Notes: generated from the letters alone by a model not told the origin. Shown: positions 30,644 to 43,483, numbered from the stretch's first letter. The stretch: DNA of 64,000 nt from Promethearchaeota archaeon (GCA_048939995.1 JBHLOY010000011.1:75151-139150); one strand, 5' to 3'. Translations and numbers: made by a program.

Positions 30644-31615
30644 TTATAAATTCAATAAGCTAACAGGAAAATAAATAAAAATCGAGAGAGCAGCCGCAAT
30701 AGGAAAGGTTAAAATCCAAATTAAAACAATTTTTTTTACTTTCTTACTTGTTGGTGCTCTTCTAGCTTTCGCTAATCCGACTAGAGAAGCAACAAGCATA
30801 TGAGAACCAGATAAAGGAATTCCTAATAAAGTACCAAAGAACAATATCACAGCTATCGGGATTTCACTCACGAATGCGGTACTTGGATGTAATTCCGTTA
30901 TTGTTCCTACATTTTTAATAACACCTCTACCTAAAATTACAATACCACTTGATAAACTTAAGCCTGTTATAATTAATAGAAGAGTTGTATCAATGCTTGC
31001 TTCAGCGCCTACTACTATGCCAACTGCATTGGAACTATCATTCCCTGCTCTTGAAAAAGCCGTCCAACAAATCACAGCTAGCAATATATAGGAAAAATAT
31101 TTTTCTACTCTTTCAAAACTTCGGAAACCTGAAAGGCGTTTGATAATCACTCTGTTGATTAGCTTATATGCAAAAAAAGTCACAACATATCCAATTATTG
31201 GAGATAATAACCACCATATCCCCATTTCAAGAATAGTGAGCCAATTTACCCCAAGAAGTCCACTTTGTAAAATTCCTATCCCTATTATGCTTCCTATAGT
31301 TGCATGTGTAGTTGAGATGGGTAATCCAAATGCTGATGATACAATTAACCAAATGGCTGTTGAGATTAAAATCGTTAAGACTATTACATTAGATATTTCA
31401 AAAGATAATAAGTCTTTTCCAACAGTTTCACTCACAGCTCTTCCAAGGAGTACGGCTCCTAAAATGGCAAAAATTGTGGCGAGAATTAATACTTCCTTCA
31501 TCTTTAATGTCTTAGAACCATATAAAGTAGCCATTGTTTCATCGTTTGCGCCGATTCCAAAACTAATGATTATTGAAATGATTAAAAAGATACCAATGAC
31601 AATTACTAAATCCAT
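30644..31615 (-). CDS. Inorganic phosphate transporter, PiT family
   Basis: GIGAND, GLPISTTH, GNDSSNA, GIPLSGSH. Confidence 0.88.
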   Translation of the reverse strand: MDLVIVIGIFLIISIIISFGIGANDETMATLYGSKTLKMKEVLILATIFAILGAVLLGRAVSETVGKDLLSFEISNVIVLTILISTAIWLIVSSAFGLPISTTHATIGSIIGIGILQSGLLGVNWLTILEMGIWWLLSPIIGYVVTFFAYKLINRVIIKRLSGFRSFERVEKYFSYILLAVICWTAFSRAGNDSSNAVGIVVGAEASIDTTLLLIITGLSLSSGIVILGRGVIKNVGTITELHPSTAFVSEIPIAVILFFGTLLGIPLSGSHMLVASLVGLAKARRAPTSKKVKKIVLIWILTFPIAAALSIFIYFPVSLLNL

Positions 31616-31636
31616 ATTATCTCTCCCATTTCAGAT

Positions 31637-32311
31637 TTATTTAGTTGGATATTTAATAATTAATCCTCTAAGGTAATCTGAAGTTTCTTCTGCCCAAGAA
31701 GCAATATCATAGAGATAAGTAACAAGCTTAGAAGTTAAATAAACTTTTGTAGGTTCATCCTTCTTCTTAAAGAGTATTTCTAGTAACTCAAATTTAGTTT
31801 TACGTGCATCTCTTCTAACTGATTCAACATTAAAAGTAATCCTATATGCTTCATCAAAATCAGTTTCAATTAAAGTAGCGCATTTTATTAACTCTTTGAC
31901 TGTTTTATAACAAGAATCACAGAGACTTATGAAAAGTTCCTTAATTTCTTCATAAATTTTAAATGGATAAATCTGTAGGAATCGAGCAAAAAACTCTGTT
32001 TTATCATTGATTTGATCAATCATATTTAAGATACTATATCTGTCTTCCACAAGGAAAGGGAGCGCTCTCTTTTCGCTAAATAGAACTTGGATGTATCTTT
32101 CTTTAATCCGATCACATTTTTTTTCTAATTGGATTACTTCTTCAAGATTTTCTGGTTTTAACTTATTTTCTAAAAAGTTTCCAACTGAATTATGCAATAT
32201 TTGAGCAGCATTTGAAGTTTCTTGAAGAAACTCCGTATTAATCTCGAATAATTCATTTCTCTTTTCTTTCAAAAATTTCATTATAAACCCATTTCTCTTG
32301 AATAGATTCAA
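31637..32311 (-). CDS. DUF47 / PhoU-like phosphate transport regulator
   Basis: Helical; LEKKCDRIK...LPF..EDR; co-oriented directly upstream of the PiT gene. Confidence 0.8.
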   Translation of the reverse strand: MNLFKRNGFIMKFLKEKRNELFEINTEFLQETSNAAQILHNSVGNFLENKLKPENLEEVIQLEKKCDRIKERYIQVLFSEKRALPFLVEDRYSILNMIDQINDKTEFFARFLQIYPFKIYEEIKELFISLCDSCYKTVKELIKCATLIETDFDEAYRITFNVESVRRDARKTKFELLEILFKKKDEPTKVYLTSKLVTYLYDIASWAEETSDYLRGLIIKYPTK

Positions 32312-32456
32312 ATGATAATATATTATTCTTATTATGTTTTATTGTTTAAAAGCCTTATATCTTTCCAATATCTAACTATCTTAATGTCAAGAGAAATACT
32401 TTTTTGGAATCAAGATTTATTCAAATTAGTTTTTTATAGATCTTAAATGTGATTTA

Positions 32457-32957
32457 TTGCCATTTCTAGAGTTATACTTAAAAGATATTAAGTTTGATCC
32501 AAAAGTACAAACTTATTGTAATAATCCAAAATTTGAATGCCCCAATTATAGCAAATCATGGGCATGTCCTCCAGAAGCTCCTTATATGAAAGATCCAGTT
32601 TCTCAATTCAAGAAATTTTTTTTAATATATTCCAAATTTAATTTGAAGCACCTAAAAATAAGAGATGAAGTTGATCGAGAGGAAATGGAAAACGAGATCC
32701 ACAAATTTTTAGATATATATAATGAAGATTATAATAGTAAACTTATTTTATGGGATGGATATTGTAGGGTTTGTCATAAAGAACATAAGAAATGTACTTA
32801 TCAATCAAATAAACCCTGCCGTTATCCAAATGAGATTAGATATTCAATGGAAGCGGTTGGAATTGATGTTGATAAAACTGTTAAAAAGTTAAATATCAAG
32901 CTAGAATGGCCACCAAAGAATTATGCTTATCGTTTCAGTTTAATTTGCTTTAAATAA
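32457..32957 (+). CDS. DUF2284 metal-binding protein
   Basis: CPNYSKSWACPP, GYCRVC..C..PCRYP..RYSMEAVGIDV. Confidence 0.85.
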   Translation: MPFLELYLKDIKFDPKVQTYCNNPKFECPNYSKSWACPPEAPYMKDPVSQFKKFFLIYSKFNLKHLKIRDEVDREEMENEIHKFLDIYNEDYNSKLILWDGYCRVCHKEHKKCTYQSNKPCRYPNEIRYSMEAVGIDVDKTVKKLNIKLEWPPKNYAYRFSLICFK

Positions 32958-32975
32958 CATAAGGTGAAATAGAAA

Positions 32976-34825
<1,850 letters not shown>

Positions 34826-34955
34826 AACTTAAATCTAATTTAGTTAAAATTTAATTTAATATCATTAATCTGTTCCAAAATTGATTATTCTTTAAGATTT
34901 AAAAAGTTTTTAGTCTGTTCTTTATCAATACAATAATTTTTAAATAATAATTTTC

Positions 34956-35846
34956 TTGAATTTTATAGAAAAAATGCTGGAAAGAACGATTCTTTTTGAT
35001 TTATTTCATAACGAAATGTTAAATGTTGAAGAAAAGGATTTTTCTGATTTCTTAAATCTACTTAAACGATCTCATTTAAAGATCAAAAAGAATGATAAAA
35101 ATCTAACAACAAAAACATTAGAAAATGTTGATATTTTAGTTATTGGAAACCCTATTGATGATTACTTCTCAAATATTGAAATAAACGATATTAATGATTT
35201 TCTAAGAAAGGGCGGCGCTTTATTATTAATTAGTGAATATGGAGCAGATTATCTTCAAAAAACCAATTTGAATGACATTTCTGGTCCAAATTTTGGGATT
35301 TTTTTTGAAAAAAATCTTGTAAAACAATTAAATGATGATCAAAAAGGCTCAAGTATAGTCAACGTGCGAAATTTTAAGAGTAATGATATGACTAATAATT
35401 TAAGAGAAGTAGTAATTGGGGGATCATGTTCGTTGCTTTTAAATAAAAATGCAACATCATTACTAGAATCACATGATCAAAACGTATGGACCGAAGTATT
35501 TAAAAGTTCAAAAGAAGAATGGGTTAAACAAAAGGAAGAAAAACAAATTTTAGCTGCTTATACTGAATTTGGGCAAGGTAAAGTTGTAGCATTAGGAGAC
35601 ATTGACATCTTTACTAATGATGATAATATTGGAATCAATTCATTGGATAATTCTATCTTTATACAGAATATTCTTAATTGGTTGACTAAACCTGTAAAAG
35701 AATCGAATGTCTTTTCATATGTATTAAATCAAATAGGAATTATCCAAAATGAAATTAAAGAACTAAATCAAACTATAAATAATATTATTGAGACCATGAC
35801 GATTTTAGAAAAAAGAATTTCCTATTTAGAAGAAAACAGAGATTAA
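34956..35846 (+). CDS. Soluble GIFT (GldG/IFT52-like, DUF4350) domain protein with C-terminal coiled coil
   Basis: ILFDLFHNE, DILVIGNP...F...EI..I.DF...GGALLLI, GKVVALGDIDIF...DN..FIQNILNWL; heptad-rich tail. Confidence 0.65.
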   Translation: MNFIEKMLERTILFDLFHNEMLNVEEKDFSDFLNLLKRSHLKIKKNDKNLTTKTLENVDILVIGNPIDDYFSNIEINDINDFLRKGGALLLISEYGADYLQKTNLNDISGPNFGIFFEKNLVKQLNDDQKGSSIVNVRNFKSNDMTNNLREVVIGGSCSLLLNKNATSLLESHDQNVWTEVFKSSKEEWVKQKEEKQILAAYTEFGQGKVVALGDIDIFTNDDNIGINSLDNSIFIQNILNWLTKPVKESNVFSYVLNQIGIIQNEIKELNQTINNIIETMTILEKRISYLEENRD

Positions 35847-35967
35847 GTTAAAGTTCTGACCATTCTCATTTCCTACTTTAAAGTTAGCGGATCTTCATGA
35901 AACAAATATAAAATTTCTTTAATTATATTTTACTACCATTCTTAATTAAAAATCAAATCCTTTAATT

Positions 35968-37350
35968 ATGATTGAAAATTCTTACGATGAAATCTTCTCT
36001 CTATTCGAAGAAATATCAAATGGATTTAACCGCAAAAATCAATACTTTGACATTTTGTATGACTGTTCTTCATCCACTCAAATTGTTAAAACTCCCTCTT
36101 CTGAAGATATTACGGTTAATAAAAAAACTTCAGGTGTTGTAGCTCGAACTTTTATAGGCTCTTGGAAAGAAATAGCATTAGATAACATATCAGATACTAA
36201 AAAAATACAGAAAATAATACCTAAAGTCTCAAATATGGGAGATAAAATAACAGAATTTGAAGCTTGGAAATTGAACAAAGAAATTATTCCTAAGGTTGAT
36301 CCCTCTACTATTCCTTTTGATGATAAGATAAAGAAAGTTAGAGAAATTTACGAATATGTTAAGAAAGCAGATGAAAATATTGTAAAAGTAGAAATTCGAT
36401 ATCTTGAATATTTATTAGAGCGAATTTTTTCTAATAATGAAGGATGTCTTTTAAGACAAGTAATTCCAAGGATGAGGCTCTTTATTATCCCTATTGCAAA
36501 AAAAGGACATAGGGTCGATTTCGATTATTACGTAAGAAGTCAAGAAATTGGTTATGAAATTTTTGATGAAATTAATGAGGAAAAGTTAGATGAAATTGTT
36601 TCTAATTCAGTAGATATGTTAGAAGCAGAATCTCCACCTAGTGGAAGATATACTGTTATTTTAGATCCAAGTGTTTCAGGTCTTATTGCACATGAAAGTT
36701 TTGGCCATGGACTTGAAGCCGATCAAGTTTTGAGAGAAAGAAGTTACTTAAAAAATTATCTAAATAAGAAAGTTGCTTCAGAAATATGTAAAATATATGA
36801 TACTCCCTCTTTAACTGGCCCAATTGGTTCATATTTTTTTGATGACGAGGGTATTCGGGCGGGTAAAAATTTGTTAGTCGAAAATGGGATACTCAAGAAT
36901 TTCATTTATGACAGGAGAACAGCTTCTGAATTTAATACTGAACCTCAAGGAAACGGCCGTAGAGAAAGTTTTGTCCATCCAGTTAATGTAAGAATGACCA
37001 ACACATATTTCGATTCAGGAGATTATACTTTAGATGAGATGATATCTGAAATTAAAAATGGCGTAATGTTAGTTCATGGATATTTTGGGATGGAAGATCC
37101 AATTGGAGGTGGAATGCAAGCAACTTCTAAGAAAGGTTACTTAATCAAAAATGGACAAAGAACTAAACTATTAAGAAAAATAGCCTTAAGCGGTTCAGTT
37201 TTAGAACTATTACAAAATATTGATGCAATTTCTAACGACAACCTTAGATTTGACGGAGGAACTTGCGGTAAAGGAAGTGAAGATTATGTTCCGGTAGGAT
37301 CTGGAGGAACTTACATCAGAATAAATAATGCTATAATAAGTCAAGGGTGA
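35968..37350 (+). CDS. tldD: TldD family metalloprotease
   Basis: LIAHESFGHGLEAD (HExxxH), FDDEG, GNGRRE, RMTNTYF, CGKG..VPVGSGG. Confidence 0.9.
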   Translation: MIENSYDEIFSLFEEISNGFNRKNQYFDILYDCSSSTQIVKTPSSEDITVNKKTSGVVARTFIGSWKEIALDNISDTKKIQKIIPKVSNMGDKITEFEAWKLNKEIIPKVDPSTIPFDDKIKKVREIYEYVKKADENIVKVEIRYLEYLLERIFSNNEGCLLRQVIPRMRLFIIPIAKKGHRVDFDYYVRSQEIGYEIFDEINEEKLDEIVSNSVDMLEAESPPSGRYTVILDPSVSGLIAHESFGHGLEADQVLRERSYLKNYLNKKVASEICKIYDTPSLTGPIGSYFFDDEGIRAGKNLLVENGILKNFIYDRRTASEFNTEPQGNGRRESFVHPVNVRMTNTYFDSGDYTLDEMISEIKNGVMLVHGYFGMEDPIGGGMQATSKKGYLIKNGQRTKLLRKIALSGSVLELLQNIDAISNDNLRFDGGTCGKGSEDYVPVGSGGTYIRINNAIISQG

Positions 37351-37353
37351 ATT

Positions 37354-38685
37354 ATGATGCCAAAGAGTAGTTTGGATATTATCCAGAAAAGATTAGAAGC
37401 CAAAAAAGTAAATGATTATGAGATTTTTTTAATTGAGAGAGCCATTTTTGAAACCATTTTTCTTAAAAACAACATAGATAATGAAAGAGAAACCGCACAC
37501 TCTGAATATTATCTTAGAATTCTCCATCAGAATAACAACGAGACTGGGATTGGTGTGACAAAAGCAAATTCTCTAAACACTCAAGATATTGATAATACTA
37601 TCGAAACTTGCTTAAATCTATCTAAAACGAATATAAGTCCTAAGTATGATTTCCCCAAAGAAAAAAAAATTCCTAAAATTAATACAGCAGATAAAAGTAT
37701 TTTAAATGATCCAGTTGGGACTAAAAATGAATTATCTCAAGAACTTATTAGCCTTATAAGTAAGCAGAATGAAGTGACCCCTACTTTTGGAAGATTTAGA
37801 ATCCATTCTCATAATTCATTCATTCGAAATAGTAATGGTTTGGATCTTGAATCAAAAAAGACTTTCTTTTTCGTCGAATTTTCCTTAAAAGCAGAAAAAG
37901 ATGGTAGGTTAGCTGAATATTGGACCGTAGATTACTATAAAGAGCGAGATCATCTAAATTTTGAAAACAGAATTAAAAAATGGGTAAACTATGCAAAGAA
38001 TAACTTATCTGCTGAATTACCAAAGCCTAATTCGAATGCTATAGTGATTTTTCCTCCTCATGTACTCAGAGCTGCAATAAATCCTGTAATAGGAGGTCAT
38101 TCATTAGCAAAATCTCATTATGAAAAGACATCTGCTTTCGAGATTGATTCTCAAGTAGCATCGAATCTCTTTTCATTAATAGATGATGGATTGCTAGAAG
38201 GAGGACTAAACTCAAGTCCATGGGATAGAGAAGGTAATCCACGTCAAAAGACAGAGGTAATTAGTAAAGGGATTTTTAAAAATCGATTATATGATGAAAA
38301 ATATGCAATTTTAGAAAATGAATCTTCAACAGGAAATAGTGTTATGGGTCTTGGAGGCTCATCTTCTAATGGAATTAGTAATCTTGTTATTAATCCCGGA
38401 GAGATATCATTAAATGAGATGATTTCAAATATCAAGGAGGGTTATTTAATCGAAAAATTTTCATGGCTTAATCCAGATTCTATATCAGGATATTTTGGTG
38501 CTGAAATTAGAGGCGGTTATTACATTAGAAATGGGGAATACAAACATCCAATTAAACTTGGTAATGTTAGTGGAAATATATTACAAATGATAAAGAATAT
38601 TTTGTATATATCTGAAGAACGAGAATTTGTAGAGAATGCTCTTTTTCCTTATATAGCATTTACGGGCTTAGAAATATCTTCTTAA
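37354..38685 (+). CDS. pmbA: PmbA/TldE family protein
   Basis: Directly downstream of tldD; LIDDG...WDREG, STGN, SNLVINPG, VSGN; no HExxH. Confidence 0.8.
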   Translation: MMPKSSLDIIQKRLEAKKVNDYEIFLIERAIFETIFLKNNIDNERETAHSEYYLRILHQNNNETGIGVTKANSLNTQDIDNTIETCLNLSKTNISPKYDFPKEKKIPKINTADKSILNDPVGTKNELSQELISLISKQNEVTPTFGRFRIHSHNSFIRNSNGLDLESKKTFFFVEFSLKAEKDGRLAEYWTVDYYKERDHLNFENRIKKWVNYAKNNLSAELPKPNSNAIVIFPPHVLRAAINPVIGGHSLAKSHYEKTSAFEIDSQVASNLFSLIDDGLLEGGLNSSPWDREGNPRQKTEVISKGIFKNRLYDEKYAILENESSTGNSVMGLGGSSSNGISNLVINPGEISLNEMISNIKEGYLIEKFSWLNPDSISGYFGAEIRGGYYIRNGEYKHPIKLGNVSGNILQMIKNILYISEEREFVENALFPYIAFTGLEISS

Positions 38686-38687
38686 TA

Positions 38688-39917
38688 TCAATTATCAATC
38701 TTAACATTAATTAGATTATATTCCCGAGAGCCTAATCCAATTTCCTCAGCAGTTTTTAATTGAATTTCCCAATTTTTCGACTTTTTTCCATCAAAATTCA
38801 GATCTAATTGACCAGATTTGGGATCAAATCTCGGAATATAGGAAAACCATTCATTATTGTTATTAATTGGGAGTTTTTTTACTTCAGATAAAATTGAGTT
38901 AGGACTCATTAAGGATTCATGTGTTAAATCGATACAAGCTTGGTCTAAAGCTACAGGATCTAAAGAAGACAGAACACCTATATCTGGAACAAAAGGGACA
39001 TCGCTAGATCCGCAATCACATTGCCAGGTTATATCGATAGCGTAATTAATATAGAAGATTTTGTCATTACCAAAATAATCGACAACACCTTTAGCATTAT
39101 CAACCATCTGAACTATAAAATTTTCTTGAGTCGATCCACCAAGATCTATAACTTTATTCTTAGTAAGATTACATACAGAATAACACATATAACAATAACG
39201 ACATTTATCCCAGTCTTTCTTTAGAATCTTAGAAGAATTTTTTGTTAATGCGCCAGTTGGACAAATTTCGATACAATCACTACACTCTTTGACACATTTA
39301 CTAAAATCGTAGTCGAATTTCTTTCCCATATGAGCTTGTACCTTGCCTCCCTTACTAACACATCCAATACCCAAATTTTTTATTGCTCCTCCAAATCCGG
39401 CACCTGAATGCCCTTTAAAATGTGTAGCTAACACCATATAATCAAATTCTCTTAAACGTCCCGCAACTAAAATTTCTTTAAATCTATTACCATTAACTTG
39501 TTGAATATTATAATCGATGCCTGTTGAACCATCTAGCATCAATATCGGAGCCCCCATAGTTTCATGGGTAAATCCATGGCGTAGTGCAACTTTTAAATAC
39601 TCCTCTTCATTTGCCCTACCACTATATTCTGAATGAACACCCGAAATGTTCTCAGGGAGCCCCCACCCACATGATTCGGCAATTGAGGTTTTAGCTCCAC
39701 ATTCTTTGAGATAATCACTTAAAAATCTAATATAGGAAGGTCTAATATATCTTGTATTTTCTAATGCCCCAAAATGAGTTTTAATAACTACTTTATTGCC
39801 ATTTTTTACCTTATTTTTAATACCTAACTTTTCTAAAGCAATTGGTCCTTTTACTTTACTCATACTCTCTTTATGCGATTTAGAACGCGCAGTTAAGAAA
39901 TAAACATCTGCTTTCAA
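38688..39917 (-). CDS. DUF362 domain Fe-S protein with 2x[4Fe-4S] ferredoxin insert
   Basis: IKTHFG, THFKGH..AGFGGAIKNLGIGC, CxxxCxxCxxxCP, CDC...PDIG..SLDPVALDQA. Confidence 0.85.
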   Translation of the reverse strand: MKADVYFLTARSKSHKESMSKVKGPIALEKLGIKNKVKNGNKVVIKTHFGALENTRYIRPSYIRFLSDYLKECGAKTSIAESCGWGLPENISGVHSEYSGRANEEEYLKVALRHGFTHETMGAPILMLDGSTGIDYNIQQVNGNRFKEILVAGRLREFDYMVLATHFKGHSGAGFGGAIKNLGIGCVSKGGKVQAHMGKKFDYDFSKCVKECSDCIEICPTGALTKNSSKILKKDWDKCRYCYMCYSVCNLTKNKVIDLGGSTQENFIVQMVDNAKGVVDYFGNDKIFYINYAIDITWQCDCGSSDVPFVPDIGVLSSLDPVALDQACIDLTHESLMSPNSILSEVKKLPINNNNEWFSYIPRFDPKSGQLDLNFDGKKSKNWEIQLKTAEEIGLGSREYNLINVKIDN

Positions 39918-40051
39918 ATTTCCAAATACCCCTTTTATAATGCTATTTATTTCAAAAATCTATAATTGAAAATAAATTTAGCTCTTATAGAATAATTATT
40001 TTAACTGTGAATAATTCTATTAATATATATATTTAAAAAAGAAGAAAAAAT

Positions 40052-40285
40052 ATGCCAAGTCACTGTCCAGAATGTGGTGGCATCATGAAATATCAACCGG
40101 ATATTAAACATTTGGTTTGTCAGTCTTGTGGCTTATCTCTTACGCGAGGAGAACTTGAAACATACTGGCAAAAAGTCAGAAATGAAAGAGGAACAGAAGT
40201 AGATTCGGTTGATAGAGCCAAAAGTCGACGTAAGGAATGGCTCGATTGGTATGCCCAATCTAAAAAAGAAAAGGAGAATTATTGA
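40052..40285 (+). CDS. Small Zn-ribbon protein
   Basis: CPECGG...CQSCG. Confidence 0.75.
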   Translation: MPSHCPECGGIMKYQPDIKHLVCQSCGLSLTRGELETYWQKVRNERGTEVDSVDRAKSRRKEWLDWYAQSKKEKENY

Positions 40286-40407
40286 ATAGATTAGAAAAAT
40301 AGAATAATCAATAATTTTTGGACAGTTGATTTTCTTCTAATAGTGAAACTTTTTATATATTTTAAGCATACTAATTTTAACCTCTAAGAAAAAAGAAGAG
40401 TTAGATC

Positions 40408-41169
40408 TTGATGGATGAGATCATTATTTTTAATTATATCATAATTATTTTCATGATTATCGGTATTTCTATGTTTTTTCTTCTATTATTTGTCACAGCT
40501 CCATATGGTCAACATATACGTGATAAATGGGGACCAAACATTAATAACAAACTTGGATGGTTCATTATGGAAATTCCAACTGTAATAATTTATTTGGTTT
40601 TTTACCTAATTGGAGATCGAAAAACAGATGTCATATCTATTCTGTTTCTAATTATTTGGATGGTACATTATGGCCAAAGAACATTCATTTTTTCCTTCTT
40701 AATAAGACCTAAACAACCAATGCCTATAACAATAATTAGTTTTGGTTTAATATTCAATGGGATCAATACATATTTGCAAGCACGATGGATATACACGCTT
40801 TCTGCTCCATATCCTTCAAGTTGGATTATTAGTCCATTTTTTTTAAGTGGGATAGTAATTTTTATCCTTGGAATGATCATAAATCTCCACTCTGATCACA
40901 TTGTTCGCAATTTACGTAAACCGGGTGAAACTGAATATAAAATTCCTTATGGAGGAATGTTTAACTATGTAAGTTGTCCAAGTTATCTCGGTGAAATAAC
41001 TGAATGGATAGGTTGGGCAGTTATGATATGGTCTTTACCAGGACTCGTATTTGCCTTATGGACATTCTTTAATTTAGGTCCAAGAGCACGTTCTCATCAT
41101 AAATGGTATCTTAAAACATTTCCAGATTATCCTAAAGATAGAAAAGCACTAATCCCCTATTTATATTAA
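40408..41169 (+). CDS. 3-oxo-5-alpha-steroid 4-dehydrogenase (SRD5A)-like membrane reductase
   Basis: APYG, WFIMEIP, HY..RT, NLHSDH...LRKPGE..YKIPYGG.F.YVSCP.YLGE, NLGPRA..HHKWY, YP..RKALIP. Confidence 0.88.
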   Translation: MMDEIIIFNYIIIIFMIIGISMFFLLLFVTAPYGQHIRDKWGPNINNKLGWFIMEIPTVIIYLVFYLIGDRKTDVISILFLIIWMVHYGQRTFIFSFLIRPKQPMPITIISFGLIFNGINTYLQARWIYTLSAPYPSSWIISPFFLSGIVIFILGMIINLHSDHIVRNLRKPGETEYKIPYGGMFNYVSCPSYLGEITEWIGWAVMIWSLPGLVFALWTFFNLGPRARSHHKWYLKTFPDYPKDRKALIPYLY

Positions 41170-41184
41170 AGAAATATGTTTATT

Positions 41185-42189
41185 CTAACCATTTTTATTT
41201 TTTTTATATTCTTTATAATAGATTGATCTTCTAATCAAATATTTTCTTAAGAACCATCTTAAAAGAGGGGTTAGATATCTCTTAAACCCTATCCATTTTT
41301 TTGCTTCAGCATAGAAATCTTGCAAAGTATAATTTTGAAAATTAAGTTTCTTTTCTATCTCAGAAGGGGTAATATATCCACAGTGGTATCCTGTTGTAGA
41401 AAATGCTTCTCCTGGGAAGAAATCGCTTCCCAAACCCATAATTTTGAATATTTTAGCTAGAAAATCGCTATATTCGACTCTACAATCAGCTCCGCCACCA
41501 ATATTATAGATTCTTCCCCAGACATCATCCCGTTCTAAAGCATTTACTATAGCTTGTCCAACATCTCCAGTTCCTACGAGTTCTAATTTCGTCTCTAAAG
41601 GCATTCTAAACATAGTTGGATGAAATTTTAAGGTACTAGTTGATGCACAATAAGATAATCTAAAAATACAAAAGTTTAAACCAGAATTTTGAATAATTTT
41701 TTCAGCTTCCAATTTGGATTCACCATAATTATCACCAGGACTTGGTTTAGTTGGATCCTTGACAGTAATCCAAGGATTTCTTATGCGATCTCCATATACA
41801 GCTATCGAAGAAGTATAAAGAATTTTAGGATTACCTACAGATTTATTTATTGAAGTTAATAGATTTTGAGTACCCTTAACATTCACAGCATACACATTAC
41901 TAGGTGTATTATATTTTGATATAGGAATTACTCCTGCTATATGAATTACTATATCAAGATTCTTTACCGCTTCCTGAAGAGAAGCTAAATTGCCTAGATC
42001 TCCCCAGATTATATCTATATGTTCTTCATATTGTTTAAATAATCTTCTATTCTTCTTAGAGTCTCTAAGGAGTAATCTAATCTTATATTTATCATTTTTT
42101 TCATATAATGCTTCAAATGTTTTTATCCCTACACTCCCAGAAGCTCCAGTTAAAAGTACTGTCTGTTTAAGCAATGTTAATCGATCCAT
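41185..42189 (-). CDS. NAD-dependent epimerase/dehydratase (extended SDR, 3beta-HSD-like)
   Basis: LTGASGSVG, IHIAG, VNVKGT, YTSS, YGESK. Confidence 0.85.
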   Translation of the reverse strand: MDRLTLLKQTVLLTGASGSVGIKTFEALYEKNDKYKIRLLLRDSKKNRRLFKQYEEHIDIIWGDLGNLASLQEAVKNLDIVIHIAGVIPISKYNTPSNVYAVNVKGTQNLLTSINKSVGNPKILYTSSIAVYGDRIRNPWITVKDPTKPSPGDNYGESKLEAEKIIQNSGLNFCIFRLSYCASTSTLKFHPTMFRMPLETKLELVGTGDVGQAIVNALERDDVWGRIYNIGGGADCRVEYSDFLAKIFKIMGLGSDFFPGEAFSTTGYHCGYITPSEIEKKLNFQNYTLQDFYAEAKKWIGFKRYLTPLLRWFLRKYLIRRSIYYKEYKKNKNG

Positions 42190-42289
42190 TTCTGAAAAAG
42201 ATTGATTCTTTAAAATTAATTATCATTTTTATATGTTACATAATCAGAAAGCTTTATTTTAGAAACCAGTAGATGGAATAAGAAAAAAG

Positions 42290-43483
42290 TTAAGTAAATT
42301 TCCTTTCAAAAATTTCCATTAAAAATTCTTCTAATTTTGGAGCTGGAATATCTAGTAAAGTAATCTCTAAGTGTCTTCCTCGATCTTTTTCTTCAATTCT
42401 TACAGTTTTAGAGGAAACTACATTTAAATTATTCAACTCTCTCACATATTTTCTAAAACTCATTTTTACATGAGGCTCAACTGAATATGCTTCACAAATA
42501 GCTTGATATTCTTCATAGGCTTCCTCTACGATAGTAAATGGCTCATCTGTATTCATTAAAGCTCGTGTAATTCCATATAATGCTAACAATTCTTGATCAC
42601 TAAGACGATCTACAATTTCTCCTCTAAAAGTGGGATAAACTTGGTTTGAAGCTTCTCTGATGGCATCGGGACGAATTTTTTCTAAACCTTCTCGATCAGC
42701 ATACAAACCGCTCATTCGCAAAATTTCTATACCATGTCTCATATTCTTATGTTGAGCAACGATTTGACTTACCATATTTAAAATTTCATCATTTAGCACA
42801 TTTTCTTTAAAAGCTAAGTCGCTTCTATACTGCAATATCTGTTTAGATTCATCAAAATTATAGGGTTTAAGTTTAATAGTGTGATTTATTCTACTTAAAA
42901 TTCTCTCAGTTTCAACTTTCATCCAAGCATTACTTCTTGATACTAAAATGAGGGAAAGTTTGGCATTTTGATGTCCAAAAGTCTCTGCTATATCTAGAAA
43001 TGCTAGAATTTCATCAGATTGTAATAAATGAATCTCATCGATTATGATAAGCATATATCCAGATTCTCTTACCAATTTTGTTAAGATTAACTTTAATGCT
43101 TCGTCATCACTAAATCCTCTCCCACTTCCATGGGTGTACTTAGCTAACAGGTCTCTAATTATTTTACTTTTTGTTCGAAAATTAATACAATTATAATACT
43201 CCACAAAAAAGTTAACATCTCTTTCGATGGCTATATTTCTAAAATTCCTCCCAAAGTATCTAGATGTGGCAGTCTTGCCCACTCCAGCTTTCCCTAGAAT
43301 GAGACAATTAATTGATGGTTGTTCTTTTTCTTCTAGAATTCTGCGAAAAGCAAAGATGAGATCCTTAATTTCTTTGTCCCGACAATATAATTTTTCTGGA
43401 ACATAACTTAAATCGAGAGAATTAAATTGTCTGAAAACAGATTTTTTCATAAATTGTTTTCTAAACTCGTTCTCGTCAGACAT
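42290..43483 (-). CDS. cdc6: Orc1/Cdc6 replication initiator family AAA+ ATPase
   Basis: LSYVPEKLYCRDKEI, Walker A GKAGVGKT, YYNC, Walker B IIIDE, C-terminal winged helix. Confidence 0.9.
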   Translation of the reverse strand: MSDENEFRKQFMKKSVFRQFNSLDLSYVPEKLYCRDKEIKDLIFAFRRILEEKEQPSINCLILGKAGVGKTATSRYFGRNFRNIAIERDVNFFVEYYNCINFRTKSKIIRDLLAKYTHGSGRGFSDDEALKLILTKLVRESGYMLIIIDEIHLLQSDEILAFLDIAETFGHQNAKLSLILVSRSNAWMKVETERILSRINHTIKLKPYNFDESKQILQYRSDLAFKENVLNDEILNMVSQIVAQHKNMRHGIEILRMSGLYADREGLEKIRPDAIREASNQVYPTFRGEIVDRLSDQELLALYGITRALMNTDEPFTIVEEAYEEYQAICEAYSVEPHVKMSFRKYVRELNNLNVVSSKTVRIEEKDRGRHLEITLLDIPAPKLEEFLMEIFERKFT

